Below, in pieces: positions 1-9,295 of a stretch of 64,000 bases of DNA. The stretch is from Patescibacteria group bacterium (GTDB lineage: Bacteria; Patescibacteriota; Minisyncoccia; JAHIHE01; JAGLIN01). A program made the position numbers and the translations under genes. Numbering within the stretch: the first letter of the stretch is position 1; each line of letters opens with the position of its first letter. The stretch is taken from NCBI GenBank assembly GCA_041670805.1, contig JBAXYM010000003.1, forward strand, positions 16,406-80,405, given 5' to 3'. The notes beneath the pieces were generated by a model, which ran no database searches, had not been told where the DNA came from, and was given only the letters and a program-made list of their open reading frames with translations.

Positions 1-70
1 AAATGGTGTGGTCCATGGTCCGTAATTCATAATTCAAAACACGCCGAGTGTGTTAGGGCTGTCTGCTCGG
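1..70. repeat. Partial copy (end fragment) of the ~100-nt inverted-repeat element family (IRE) also present at 7.1-7.4, 56.1-56.3, 58.3-58.4 and 62.0-62.35 kb
   Basis: aaatggtgtggtcc...taattcataattcaaaacacgccgagtgtgttag matches ccatttctggtgtggtccg / ccataattcaaaatacgccgggtgtgttaaag of the other copies. Confidence 0.6.
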
Positions 71-144
71 TTAAGACGTATGGATCGGGATCCTTCGGAG
101 TACCTCAGGATGACACAAAAAAATCAAAAATAACTTTCAATCAT

Positions 145-600
145 ATGCAATTCAGCGTTCCGCAATTTATTGACGTAGAAGACAAAATCGTTGGGCCTTT
201 GACCGGCAAGCAGACTATTTATCTGATTTTGGGAGGGGGAATTCTGCTCTTGGCTTTCACTTTTTTTAATATTATATTCGCTATAGTCATTTCCATAATT
301 GTCGCTCCTCTGACGTTGGCGTTCGCTTTTTATCGTCCGAAAGGCATAAGTCTTTCCAGCTATGCGGGAAATGTTTTGGAATATTTTACGACCAACCATC
401 TTTATCTTTGGAGGAGAGACCCCACGATGACGATGTATAAGATGGTGCAGAAAAAACATATTGTTGTTGCGGAAGAGCCTGCCAAACATGTTCCTCGCAG
501 CAGAATTCGCGATCTTGCCAATCTTTTGGATACCAGCGCCGCTGTCAGTATGCCGTACGAAGCGCAGACGAGGCCGGACGAGAATATTTTCAGGAGATAA
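145..600 (+). CDS. Small two-TM membrane protein, PrgI/VirB3-like position in the T4SS-like cluster
   Basis: 151 aa; hydrophobic stretch LTGKQTIYLILGGGILLLAFTFFNIIFAIVISIIVAPLTLAFAFY; immediately upstream of the VirB4-like ATPase. Confidence 0.4.
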   Translation: MQFSVPQFIDVEDKIVGPLTGKQTIYLILGGGILLLAFTFFNIIFAIVISIIVAPLTLAFAFYRPKGISLSSYAGNVLEYFTTNHLYLWRRDPTMTMYKMVQKKHIVVAEEPAKHVPRSRIRDLANLLDTSAAVSMPYEAQTRPDENIFRR

Positions 601-796
601 ATGGGGTGTGCTATTCCGAAGAATTTTGCAATAAAAAGATTTGTGCGGAATAGTTTCGGGATCCTTCGGAGTATCTCAGGATGACAAAGGCGGCGGGCAA
701 TGCATGGAATTAGAAAAGAAGAAAGAGAGAAAGTTGCAGTTTTGAGAGAGGAAGACTTCAACTTTAGATTTTTCTTAAATTCTAACAGCTTTTATT

Positions 797-1477
797 ATGT
801 CAATGTCCACTCCGGAGAAGCAGGACCAAAAAGGGCAAAGCTCGCAAAAATATCTTGAGATCAGCGAAATTAAAGATAATGTGGTCGTTATGAAAAACGG
901 CAGTTTGCGGGGGGTGTTGATGGTCTCTTCCATAAATTTCGCGCTTAAGTCTATCGACGAACAGGACGGTATAATCTACCGCTATCAGAGTTTTCTCAAC
1001 TCTTTGGATTTCTCGGTTCAAATTGTCATTAATTCCCGGCGCCTCAATATTGACACTTATCTTGATGCCTTGCGCGAGGAAGAAAAGAAACAAGCCAATG
1101 ATCTTTTGCGTATGCAGATTTCGAGCTATATCGAGTATATCAACGGGTTGGTGAAAATGGCTAATATCGTGGCCAAGACTTTTTATATCGTCGTTCCCTT
1201 TTCTCTGGCGGAATCCAAGGATGGGAATATTGCGGCGAAAGTTTCTTCCGTCGCCAACGCGCCGCAAATTATGGCTAATCGAAAGAATTTTGAGAAGTAT
1301 CGCGATCAGCTTTTCCAGAGAGTTGATCACGTCGTGGAAAATTTAAGCGGGGCGGGGTTGCGGATGACGATGCTTAATACTCAGGAATTGATCGAGCTTT
1401 ATTACAATTTATATAATCCGGAATCTGTTGAGAAAAAAGGGCTGCCGGATATCGGGGATCTTGATCTGGCCCAGTAG
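797..1477 (+). CDS. Hypothetical protein in the T4SS-like cluster (weak resemblance to a VirB4 N-terminal domain)
   Basis: 226-aa ORF between the PrgI-like gene and the VirB4-like gene; no catalytic motif recognised. Confidence 0.3.
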   Translation: MSMSTPEKQDQKGQSSQKYLEISEIKDNVVVMKNGSLRGVLMVSSINFALKSIDEQDGIIYRYQSFLNSLDFSVQIVINSRRLNIDTYLDALREEEKKQANDLLRMQISSYIEYINGLVKMANIVAKTFYIVVPFSLAESKDGNIAAKVSSVANAPQIMANRKNFEKYRDQLFQRVDHVVENLSGAGLRMTMLNTQELIELYYNLYNPESVEKKGLPDIGDLDLAQ

Positions 1478-1870
1478 TAAAATTCATTTGTCGCGATGCA
1501 GTTTAGATGTTCTGCCTGTCATTGCGAGAAGACATTCCCTTTAGAAAAAACAATCAATACTTGTCATTTCGAAATGAGGTACTCCGATTGAGAAATCCGG
1601 GAATAACACTATGCAAATATAATTTTATTGTAAAAATAACATCAGCACAGCTTCGTGCATTTCCCAGATCTCTCAGTCGAGTACTCCTTCGACAAATAAT
1701 AGAGTCAGTCAAGCTCCGGTATCGGGATTGCCACGTCGCCCGGAGTACCGGCTCCTTGCAATGACAAACGGTATCAATCGCACAAGTCCTTAAGATAGGC
1801 AGCAGCAGGATGGCTATGGCATTGATTTAGCTGATTTGATATAATTCATAATAGATAAAACAAAAATAAT

Positions 1871-3718
1871 ATGGGAATTTTAGATGCAATAAAACCGGCG
1901 AAGAAGCTGCTGGGCGCTCCTAAGGCGCAGACCAGTGAGGAAAAAACGGACCTCTTGGAGTCGGAAAAACTTTATCAGCGCGGGCTGGCGACCTTTAAGG
2001 ACATTATCGCGCCGTCCGTCTTTCAAATTACGCCGTCTTATGTGAGGATCAACAACAAGTTGGCTTCCACTCTTTTTGTTTACGCTTATCCTCGTTATTT
2101 GCAGACCAGCTGGTTCTCGCCTATTATCAATTTGGATTCCACTTTCGATGTGGCGATGTTCATTCATCCGCAAAATACCGTCGACGTTTTGAAGCAACTG
2201 CGCAAGGTGGTAACCCGCATACAGTCGCAGATTTCCATCAATGAAGACAAAGGAATGGTGCGCGACCCGGTACTGGAAACCGCTTATCAGGATGTGGAAA
2301 ATTTGCGAGACGATCTGCAGCAGGGCATAGAACATTTTTTTCAATTCGGGCTGTACATCACTCTTTATGGAGACACCGAGGAAGAAGTGCACAAAGCGGA
2401 GTTGCAAGTCGAGGCGATTTTGGAGGCCAAGTTGGTATATATGAAAGATGCGACGATGCAAATGGAGAAAGCTTTTAATTCCACCTTGCCGCTTGCCAAC
2501 GACAAGCTGATGATCGGGAACAATATGAATACCTCTCCCCTTTCCACGACGTTTCCTTTTGTTTCGAGCGATCTTACTTCCAATCAGGGTATTCTGTATG
2601 GCATCAACCGCCATAACAACAGTTTGATACTCTTCGACCGCTTCTCGATGGAAAATGCCAATATGGTGATTTTTGCTAAATCCGGCGCCGGAAAAAGTTA
2701 TATGGTAAAATTGGAAATACTGAGAAGTTTGATGCTCGGCACCGAAGTCATCGCGATTGATCCGGAAAACGAATACAAGCATCTATGCGAAATGACCGGA
2801 GGAACTTTTATGAAAATCTCGCTTTCTTCCAAAAATCACATCAATCCTTTTGACTTGCCGACCGCGCTGGAAGACGAGGATCCGGGAGACGTTCTTCGTT
2901 CGGCCATCGTGAACGTGTCGGGACTGCTGAAGGTGATGCTGGGAGAAATCACTCCGGAAGAGGATTCCATTTTGGACAAAGCAATCACTGAGAGTTATGC
3001 CATTAAAGACATTACCGTCGAATCTGATTTTACAAAGATGGAGCCGCCGACGATGACTGAGCTGCAAATGGTGCTGGAAAATATGGTGGGAGCGGAGAGC
3101 TTGGCTGCGCGGGTCAAAAAATATACGGAAGGAACTTTTGCGGGATTCTTGAATCACAAAACCAACATTGATCCGGATAATAAATTTGTTGTTTTCAATA
3201 TCCGCGACATGGAAGACGATTTGCGGCCGGTGGCGATGTATCTTGTGCTCCACTTTATCTGGAATATGATCCGGTCCGAGAGGAAGAAGCGGATTTTGGT
3301 GGTGGACGAGGCGTGGTGGATGATGCAGCATGAGGATGCCGCCTCTTTCCTCTTCGGAATTGCCAAGCGGTGCCGGAAATATTTTTTGGGACTTACCACT
3401 ATTACGCAGGATGTTACCGATTTTATGGGTTCCAAATACGGCAAACCGATTGTGACCAACTCTTCCATTCAGCTTTTGCTCAAACAATCCCCTGCGGGCA
3501 TCAAAGTGATCGTGGATACGTTCTTCCTGACGGACGAGGAAAAGTTTTTGCTCTTGGAGAGTAATGTCGGAGAAGGGATTTTCTTCGCCGGTCCCAAGCG
3601 TGCGGCAATCAAAATCGTAGCCTCTTATTCCGAGGATCAGATCATCACTTCCGATCCGGCACAGCTCTTGGAAATCGAAAAGGCCAAACAGGAGCTGTCG
3701 GGAGTGGCTGATATGTAA
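1871..3718 (+). CDS. virB4: VirB4/TrbE/TraC-family type IV secretion (conjugation-like) ATPase
   Basis: 615 aa; Walker A MVIFAKSGAGKSYMVK; Walker B RILVVDEAWWMM; N-terminal CagE/TrbE/VirB-type region (FVYAYPRYLQTSWFSPIINLDSTFDVAMFIHPQ). Confidence 0.8.
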   Translation: MGILDAIKPAKKLLGAPKAQTSEEKTDLLESEKLYQRGLATFKDIIAPSVFQITPSYVRINNKLASTLFVYAYPRYLQTSWFSPIINLDSTFDVAMFIHPQNTVDVLKQLRKVVTRIQSQISINEDKGMVRDPVLETAYQDVENLRDDLQQGIEHFFQFGLYITLYGDTEEEVHKAELQVEAILEAKLVYMKDATMQMEKAFNSTLPLANDKLMIGNNMNTSPLSTTFPFVSSDLTSNQGILYGINRHNNSLILFDRFSMENANMVIFAKSGAGKSYMVKLEILRSLMLGTEVIAIDPENEYKHLCEMTGGTFMKISLSSKNHINPFDLPTALEDEDPGDVLRSAIVNVSGLLKVMLGEITPEEDSILDKAITESYAIKDITVESDFTKMEPPTMTELQMVLENMVGAESLAARVKKYTEGTFAGFLNHKTNIDPDNKFVVFNIRDMEDDLRPVAMYLVLHFIWNMIRSERKKRILVVDEAWWMMQHEDAASFLFGIAKRCRKYFLGLTTITQDVTDFMGSKYGKPIVTNSSIQLLLKQSPAGIKVIVDTFFLTDEEKFLLLESNVGEGIFFAGPKRAAIKIVASYSEDQIITSDPAQLLEIEKAKQELSGVADM

Positions 3719-3738
3719 TCTATAGTTTTTGAAATATT

Positions 3739-4809
3739 ATGCCAGAAGGCGAAGAAAAACAACAACAAACAGGAGCAAACAAGACGGCGAAAACATTCGG
3801 GTCGCCTTTTGGTGCGCTTTCGGGCAGTGACAACAGACAGCCGGACCTGAGTTCGGAAGATAAAAATAAAATCGAAGCGAAAGTTTCGGCAAGGACTCTG
3901 GAGAAAAAGGGGGCGTCAAAAAGAGGAGGGGCTTTAGGCGAAACACCCGGGGGCTTTAGGGCGAATGAAGATTTGTCGGACAAGATAAGAACCGACTCAG
4001 CGAGAAGAGGAAACTCCGAAAAAGAGGATGGTATAGCGCAATCGGATACTCAATCAAATTCCACGAATCCGATTTCGGAGGAGCAGTACAACAAAAACCA
4101 AGCGGAAGGAATAATGAATAAACCTCAAAGCGTCAGAAGTGTGCGTGAAGAAATGCAAAAAAGAAATATGCAATCCAATCCGCATCTTTTTCAGCGCCGT
4201 GGGAAAAATGGCGAGGTCGGAATGGGAAGACCGGTGTCTTTTTCCAATTCCAAGGGCATTGGCCCTAATGCGGTTATCGGATCGGAGAATAGGAGGTTGC
4301 CGGAATCCGGAACGTCGAGGACAACATCAGGTGCCATTTCCGGCGGAGGAGCGCAGAGAGCGGAAAATTCCACTGAAAGACGGCGGAAGGAAATGGATCT
4401 CAAGGGGAGAAAAAGGCTGGCTGAAAAATTTAAGACTAGAATGGCATCTTTGCAAGGAGGCCATGAAGAAATCAGCAGCTTTGATTATTTTTTGCTTTTT
4501 ATGATTTTTGCAATTTCGGTGGCAGCGGATATTCTGGATCTGGTTATAGATCTAACCGGCGTAGGCGCTTTTTTTGCTCCCATTATGAGTCTGTTTACGA
4601 CGATTATTTTGGCCATTTTATGGTGGGTGGTTGGCGGAGAGTACCGGGCAAAAAATTTGAAGGGACTGGGTGTCGCGACTTTTGTAGAAGCCATACCTCT
4701 CGTAGATCTTTTGCCAACCAATACTTTCGAGTCCGTTAAAGCTCTCATGCTTATGATAAGCGGTAAAAAAGCAGGGAAAGCGGCAAGTAATGGAAATTCT
4801 TTCTTTTAA
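3739..4809 (+). CDS. Hypothetical protein: low-complexity G/R/S/E-rich N-terminal ~240 aa with a C-terminal multi-TM region
   Basis: 356-aa ORF directly after virB4; C-terminal hydrophobic helices (FLLFMIFAISVAADILDLVIDLTGVGAFFAPIMSLFTTIILAILWWVVGG). Confidence 0.4.
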   Translation: MPEGEEKQQQTGANKTAKTFGSPFGALSGSDNRQPDLSSEDKNKIEAKVSARTLEKKGASKRGGALGETPGGFRANEDLSDKIRTDSARRGNSEKEDGIAQSDTQSNSTNPISEEQYNKNQAEGIMNKPQSVRSVREEMQKRNMQSNPHLFQRRGKNGEVGMGRPVSFSNSKGIGPNAVIGSENRRLPESGTSRTTSGAISGGGAQRAENSTERRRKEMDLKGRKRLAEKFKTRMASLQGGHEEISSFDYFLLFMIFAISVAADILDLVIDLTGVGAFFAPIMSLFTTIILAILWWVVGGEYRAKNLKGLGVATFVEAIPLVDLLPTNTFESVKALMLMISGKKAGKAASNGNSFF

Positions 4810-4975
4810 TCCGCGTCTTTTATGGATGTATGATGGCTACTGGTCCTTATCTGTTTACCGTCGATTTCGCATTGATTTACCGTGTATGATGAACTCAATG
4901 ATGAAGTTAAGAAAAATTTTCTTGATTTCTCAGTGAAGTTATTAAACAGTCAGATTAAAATCTAATAATACGAAA

Positions 4976-6385
4976 ATGAAAAAGAATGCTCTTGCGGTCT
5001 TTTTGGCGATGTCCGTGTTTTGGGCGTCCGGGGTCTATGCCGCCGATACCCCTGCCCCTGTCCCTACCACTACGGGATACGAACCTTTAGTGAAAATTCC
5101 GGGAGTTCCCGATGGAGTCGTGGATATATCAAAATATATCATAGGAATATATGATTTTCTTTTGAGTATTGTCGGAATCGTGGCGGTGGCGATGTTGATT
5201 ATCGGGGGGATGAAATATATTACCGCGGCCGGAAGCGGCGGTGCAGTGTCCAGCGCCAAAGAAACTATCAAGGACGCTCTCTTGGGTCTTGTTTTGGCGC
5301 TGCTTTCCGCCGTAATTGTGAGCACTATCAACCCCGATGTACTTTATTTGCGCCAACCGGGGGCGGCCTTGACGAAGGATAATACAATTTCTTCCAGTGC
5401 CAGCGGGACTTTCACTACTAACCAGGATGGGACTGTCACCTACACCAGCCTTGAAGGGTATGAAAGAAAAATGAGCAAGGAGTCGGCGGATAAGGTGAGG
5501 TCAGGGGAAATAAAAGTTGAGTTTAACGCAAACGAGAAACTTGCGGCGATGAAGAAAAATTTGTCTTGTATCGCTCCCGGTTCTCCTTCCGGCAACAGTG
5601 ATCCCAGTTATAGGCAAAGCGGCGGAAAATGTACTTGTATAACCGGGTATGAGGCTATTTTGCCCGAGGGGCAGACCAACTGTAATGTGGTGTGTGAAAA
5701 TGCAAATGCGTGCGGATATAAATTCATTTCGATCAATCTTAACGCCAGACATGGTTATACCCAAAATGAGAGTTCTAAAGAGGCCGGCGATGCCGTTACC
5801 GACACCGACACCGCTGACAGTTCCGATACGGATACTGTTTCCAATCTTCCTGAATATGATCTGACTAATGATGCCCAAATACACTCCGATGAGTTATTGG
5901 AGATGGAGGGAACCAATGATTCGACTTGGGGGGATTTCAATATTGTTTATGATACAATCGAGAAGAGGCAAAATTTACAAACGGGAAAATGGGAAGAGAT
6001 AAAGCTTGATGCACCTAAGCGATACGTGGAGACCGGTACGGAAATTTATCCTTGCGCCATTTTGGTGACGAATGATAAAGAAAAAAGCAGTGATGATCAA
6101 CATTTTGTTTATTGGGTGCCACTGGGAACGACGGTGGGCGAAAATAACAATCTTTTTGCTGATATTAAGGGCGGATATAGAGGAGGGTGCGAAAAGGATA
6201 AGCCCGGGTATTATAATATCGTTGCAGGGTCTTGTGATCAAGCATGGACGGATCGTGTTATGCTGGCTAAATATTCAGATAAAGTGACGGACAAGTGTAC
6301 GTTTTGTGATTTGGCGGAAGGAGAAGACGAAAAGATTTATCGTTTCGAGAATACATATACTTGCAAAAGCGGTTATTGGCAATAA
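4976..6385 (+). CDS. Pilin-like (VirB2/TrbC-type N-terminal core) protein with a large Cys-rich extracellular C-terminal domain; candidate pilus tip or adhesin
   Basis: Signal peptide MKKNALAVFLAMSVFWASGVYA; pilin-like core IIGGMKYITAAGSGGAVSSAKETIKDALLGLVLALLSAV as in the four small paralogues at 56.6-58.3 kb; ~330-aa C-terminal domain with more than 20 Cys. Confidence 0.45.
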   Translation: MKKNALAVFLAMSVFWASGVYAADTPAPVPTTTGYEPLVKIPGVPDGVVDISKYIIGIYDFLLSIVGIVAVAMLIIGGMKYITAAGSGGAVSSAKETIKDALLGLVLALLSAVIVSTINPDVLYLRQPGAALTKDNTISSSASGTFTTNQDGTVTYTSLEGYERKMSKESADKVRSGEIKVEFNANEKLAAMKKNLSCIAPGSPSGNSDPSYRQSGGKCTCITGYEAILPEGQTNCNVVCENANACGYKFISINLNARHGYTQNESSKEAGDAVTDTDTADSSDTDTVSNLPEYDLTNDAQIHSDELLEMEGTNDSTWGDFNIVYDTIEKRQNLQTGKWEEIKLDAPKRYVETGTEIYPCAILVTNDKEKSSDDQHFVYWVPLGTTVGENNNLFADIKGGYRGGCEKDKPGYYNIVAGSCDQAWTDRVMLAKYSDKVTDKCTFCDLAEGEDEKIYRFENTYTCKSGYWQ

Positions 6386-6912
6386 TGTTTTAGAGTTCTA
6401 TGTGCAATAATTAAACCGACATTTGGATTACACCGGATAGCGCGAAATATGGAGTGGAATGTTTCTTATACGGTACTTATGCTATTTCCAGTGCGGTTCA
6501 CCTATGGTTTTTAACAGATACGGACAGGGCACTTCTTCCAGCCCGATTATCTTCAGAGCTATTTCATCAAACCTATCAAATAATATTTTTGTCATTCCAG
6601 TAGGAATCCCTTGAATGATATTTATTTGCATATGATACTATTTAGCTTATAATGTATGGATTAAGGGATCTTTACGTTGATCTCTCGCCTGTGCACCTCC
6701 CGACGCTTATATCTATTGCTTTCTAAAAAACCGTCATCCCGGAATTTGCGCAGCAAATATCCGGGATCCCGTTACCAAGTCGGTGGAAATGAAATACAAT
6801 ACTTGTCCTGCATAGCTACGGGATTCCGGATATTTCGGAGTACCGAAATTCCGGAATGACAGATATTTGACGGATGTCTATTCTTTGGTATAACTTGCTA
6901 GTTTAAGAAATC

Positions 6913-6950
6913 CAATCAATAAAAACTCAACCGTTCACGGTTGAGTTTTT
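6913..6950 (+). terminator. Rho-independent terminator-like hairpin
   Basis: aaaaactcaaccgttcacggttgagtttttatt: 10-bp stem flanked by A-run and T-run (could act bidirectionally). Confidence 0.5.
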
Positions 6951-7074
6951 ATTGAAGGTTAGGAACAGGGAAGATGGTCCCGAAAGACCGGTTTTGGTAG
7001 AAAATTTTTGCCCATCGAACGCTTGCGGAAGAGGAGGAGACTCACCTAGCTATTCGGCAATATATGATTTTCCA

Positions 7075-7380
7075 AATCACACAAACAGTGCTGCCTCGCT
7101 CTGACGTAGTTCGTTGTATTTTGAATTATGGATTTTGAATTTATGGACCACATCAGAAATGATGTGAACCAAGCAAGGCAAAACGTTCTTGCGTAACATT
7201 CCACACCATCTCTGGTGTGGTCCGGATGCAAGAATGCATTTCTGGATTTCGAATTGTGAATTTCCGTATTTCGGATCACATCAGAAATGATGTGAACCAC
7301 GCGGGAGAGAACGTTCTTGCGTAACACTTCACACCATTTCTGGTGTGATCCGAATGCAAAGATGGCGTCTATTGTAAACA
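7075..7380. repeat. Two tandem IRE units (~100-nt inverted-repeat element family) plus flanking att-remnant region
   Basis: Units at ~7146-7233 and ~7272-7360: ggaYcacatcagaaatgatgtgaacc-(loop with AGAACGTTCT palindrome)-cacaccatYtctggtgtgRtcc; ORF 7046..7384 is a translation of this repeat. Confidence 0.7.
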
Positions 7381-7496
7381 CCACATTTTGCGTATGAGCG
7401 ATTTACCCTGCCAAGCATAAACTTCTCATCCCTCCTAAATGCGGAAGAGGAGGGATTTACCCGGCAGCGGGCATAAACTTCTCATCCCTCCTAAAT

Positions 7497-7622
7497 GCGG
7501 TGTAATCGGGTTAAGTACCCGTAACTTACAGTCAGTATAAGGCTTTTTAGGCGGTTTGGCTAGAAGGGGTTTTGAGGTACTCGGGTCGGGGTCTGAAATG
7601 GCAAAATGAGACAAATGAGACA
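7497..7622. repeat. ~126-bp direct repeat X (copy 1), left end of island A; second copy at 27593-27718 (~88% identity)
   Basis: gcggtgtaatcgggttaagtacccgtaacttacagtcagtataaggc...ggtcggggtctgaaatggcaaaatgagacaaatgagaca; a tRNA-Ser 3' fragment gcggaagaggagggatt sits at 7441-7457 just outside it. Confidence 0.7.
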
Positions 7623-7974
7623 CTTTTAGTAGTTTTCAAATGTGTCCGATTAACCTATTTTTCCTCTATGATTAGCCGAAAAATTAGCGAGACACGATAA
7701 AAAACTGTGTCTCAATCATTATTGAATTTGCGTCTCCGAACAGAATCTGATAGTTAACTAAAAGTCCTAGCTTTAGTAAAAATTTCCGTTTCTTGACTAT
7801 TTTGCATTCTTGTTCTAAATTATAAGGATTATCTAATATTTAAAGTCTAGACTCATAGTTTTCGTATAACTAAGCCTATAGCCTGGACTTTATCCCCCAT
7901 GTTATTAAGATAAAGTCTAGGTATAAACAAAAAGGAGCTAGATAACCACGATACCCCCGAAAAATGTACTCGTA

Positions 7975-8667
7975 TTGTTTTCTGGAGGAAAAGATTCTTT
8001 TCTTGCAACATGCAACCTGGCAGAAAGAGGCTTTAAAGTATATATGGTTACATTTGAAAACGGAGCTGGGCTAGGATCAAACAATGTCGAACACGGTGCC
8101 AAAAGGATTATTGCGCATTATGGAAAAGATAAGGCTGAATTCCTCGGCGTACAATGTACCGCGGGAATATGGCGAGAGTTTTTCCTGCCATATCTAAATA
8201 TGAAGCCAAGCGAAGTAATCAAGGAATATGGCGAATTGACCGTCTCGCAATTTAACTGCCTAACATGCAGATCAGCAATGTATATCTGGTCTATTATTAA
8301 GGCAAAAGAAAAAGGAATAAATTACATTGCAGACGGGGCTCGAAAAGATCAGGGATTTGTGATAGAATTACCCTGTATGATAGAGAAATTCAAAGAACTC
8401 ATGTCCGAATTCTCTATTGAACTTTTACTGCCCGTATGGGATTTAAATTCCGGCTGGGAACAAAAAAATCTTTTATTGAGAAGAGGATTCATCCCAAAAA
8501 CGCTGGAATCACAGTGCTTGCTTGGAGCTCCGCTACCAGAGGACAAACAACCGGAAGAGGAAATACAACAAGCGGTAGCAAGATATTTTGAAAAAGTTAT
8601 CTTACCAAGAGCGAGGAATTTAATCTCTTCTGAGTTAGAAATCAGACTAGGAGGAAAAAATGAGTAA
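7975..8667 (+). CDS. PP-loop ATP pyrophosphatase family protein (TtcA/TtuA/Dph6/DndC/QueC-like N-type ATPase)
   Basis: 230 aa; N-terminal PP-loop VLFSGGKDSFLA (SGGKDS), downstream Cys pairs (NCLTCRS); first gene after the island-A boundary. Confidence 0.6.
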   Translation: MFSGGKDSFLATCNLAERGFKVYMVTFENGAGLGSNNVEHGAKRIIAHYGKDKAEFLGVQCTAGIWREFFLPYLNMKPSEVIKEYGELTVSQFNCLTCRSAMYIWSIIKAKEKGINYIADGARKDQGFVIELPCMIEKFKELMSEFSIELLLPVWDLNSGWEQKNLLLRRGFIPKTLESQCLLGAPLPEDKQPEEEIQQAVARYFEKVILPRARNLISSELEIRLGGKNE

Positions 8668-9244
8668 AACAAAAACACAGACACAGGACAAAAGGAGCAG
8701 GAAATTTATTTTTATTCCTTTCTGTGTACTTTGCCAAGCCTTTCAGGCTCAAGGTATTGTCAGATATGATTTTTCTTCCGTAATGACTGACATTATAGAA
8801 GAAATAATGAAGCACGATCTGAATATAATTCAAATGCCTTGCCCCGAAAGCAAGCTGGGGGGATATAAAAACGGGTTGCAAAGACTTCCGCAAAGCATTA
8901 AAAAATATGATACTCCTGAATTCAGAGAAATTTGTATGAACTGCGCATCGGAGGTTATGGAGCAGATTAAAGCAATCCTAGAAAATGGATATGAAATAGC
9001 AGGTATTTTGGGAATAGAAAACTCTCCTTCATGTTCAATAAAATTGCAATATTCTAACAATGGTGCGTATCGTCAGCCGGGTATTTTTATTGAGGAATTA
9101 AAGAAACAACTTGAGCGAGATGGCATAGAGATTCCCTTACTAGGCATAAACCGAAGAGGAGTAGAAATAACATTAGTCAGGCTGAAACAGATGCTCGATA
9201 CAGATCAGGTATCTGTACAGCAAAAGAATTTGAATGAATTTTAA
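8660..9244 (+). CDS. DUF523/TudS-like [4Fe-4S] protein (divergent paralogue)
   Basis: 194 aa; FCVLCQAF and IQMPCPESKLGG motifs paralogous to the CPE motif of the next gene; start overlaps the PP-loop gene stop. Confidence 0.4.
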   Translation: MSKTKTQTQDKRSRKFIFIPFCVLCQAFQAQGIVRYDFSSVMTDIIEEIMKHDLNIIQMPCPESKLGGYKNGLQRLPQSIKKYDTPEFREICMNCASEVMEQIKAILENGYEIAGILGIENSPSCSIKLQYSNNGAYRQPGIFIEELKKQLERDGIEIPLLGINRRGVEITLVRLKQMLDTDQVSVQQKNLNEF

Positions 9245-9295
9245 TTGCTAACATTATTTTTTGTTAGCTTTTTTATTTTATAATTTCCAACCAAT

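Noticed and set aside
1880-3487. Long minus-strand ORFs (1880-2782, 2783-3487) antisense to virB4
   Set aside because: They are fully embedded antisense to a gene with strong Walker A/B motifs, and have low-complexity R/H-rich translations.
6400-7030. Possible tRNA or other RNA gene in the 600-bp gene-free stretch after the pilin-adhesin gene
   Set aside because: No cloverleaf could be built. The region is composed of REP-like palindromes and a terminator hairpin, and only 13-17-nt tRNA-Ser fragments occur further right.
7075-7380. CRISPR array
   Set aside because: The repeated units are ~100 nt, internally palindromic, occur as only two tandem units and as dispersed single copies, and have no regular short repeat/unique spacer periodicity. 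No cas genes are present.
7046-7384. ORFs inside repeats (7046-7384, 7435-7623, 27571-27810, 62187-62381, 62315-62503) as protein-coding genes
   Set aside because: They are translations of the IRE and X repeat units. The same peptide (NVLSRVVHIISDVIRN) appears wherever the repeat occurs, and the regions have inverted-repeat/hairpin structure rather than coding features.
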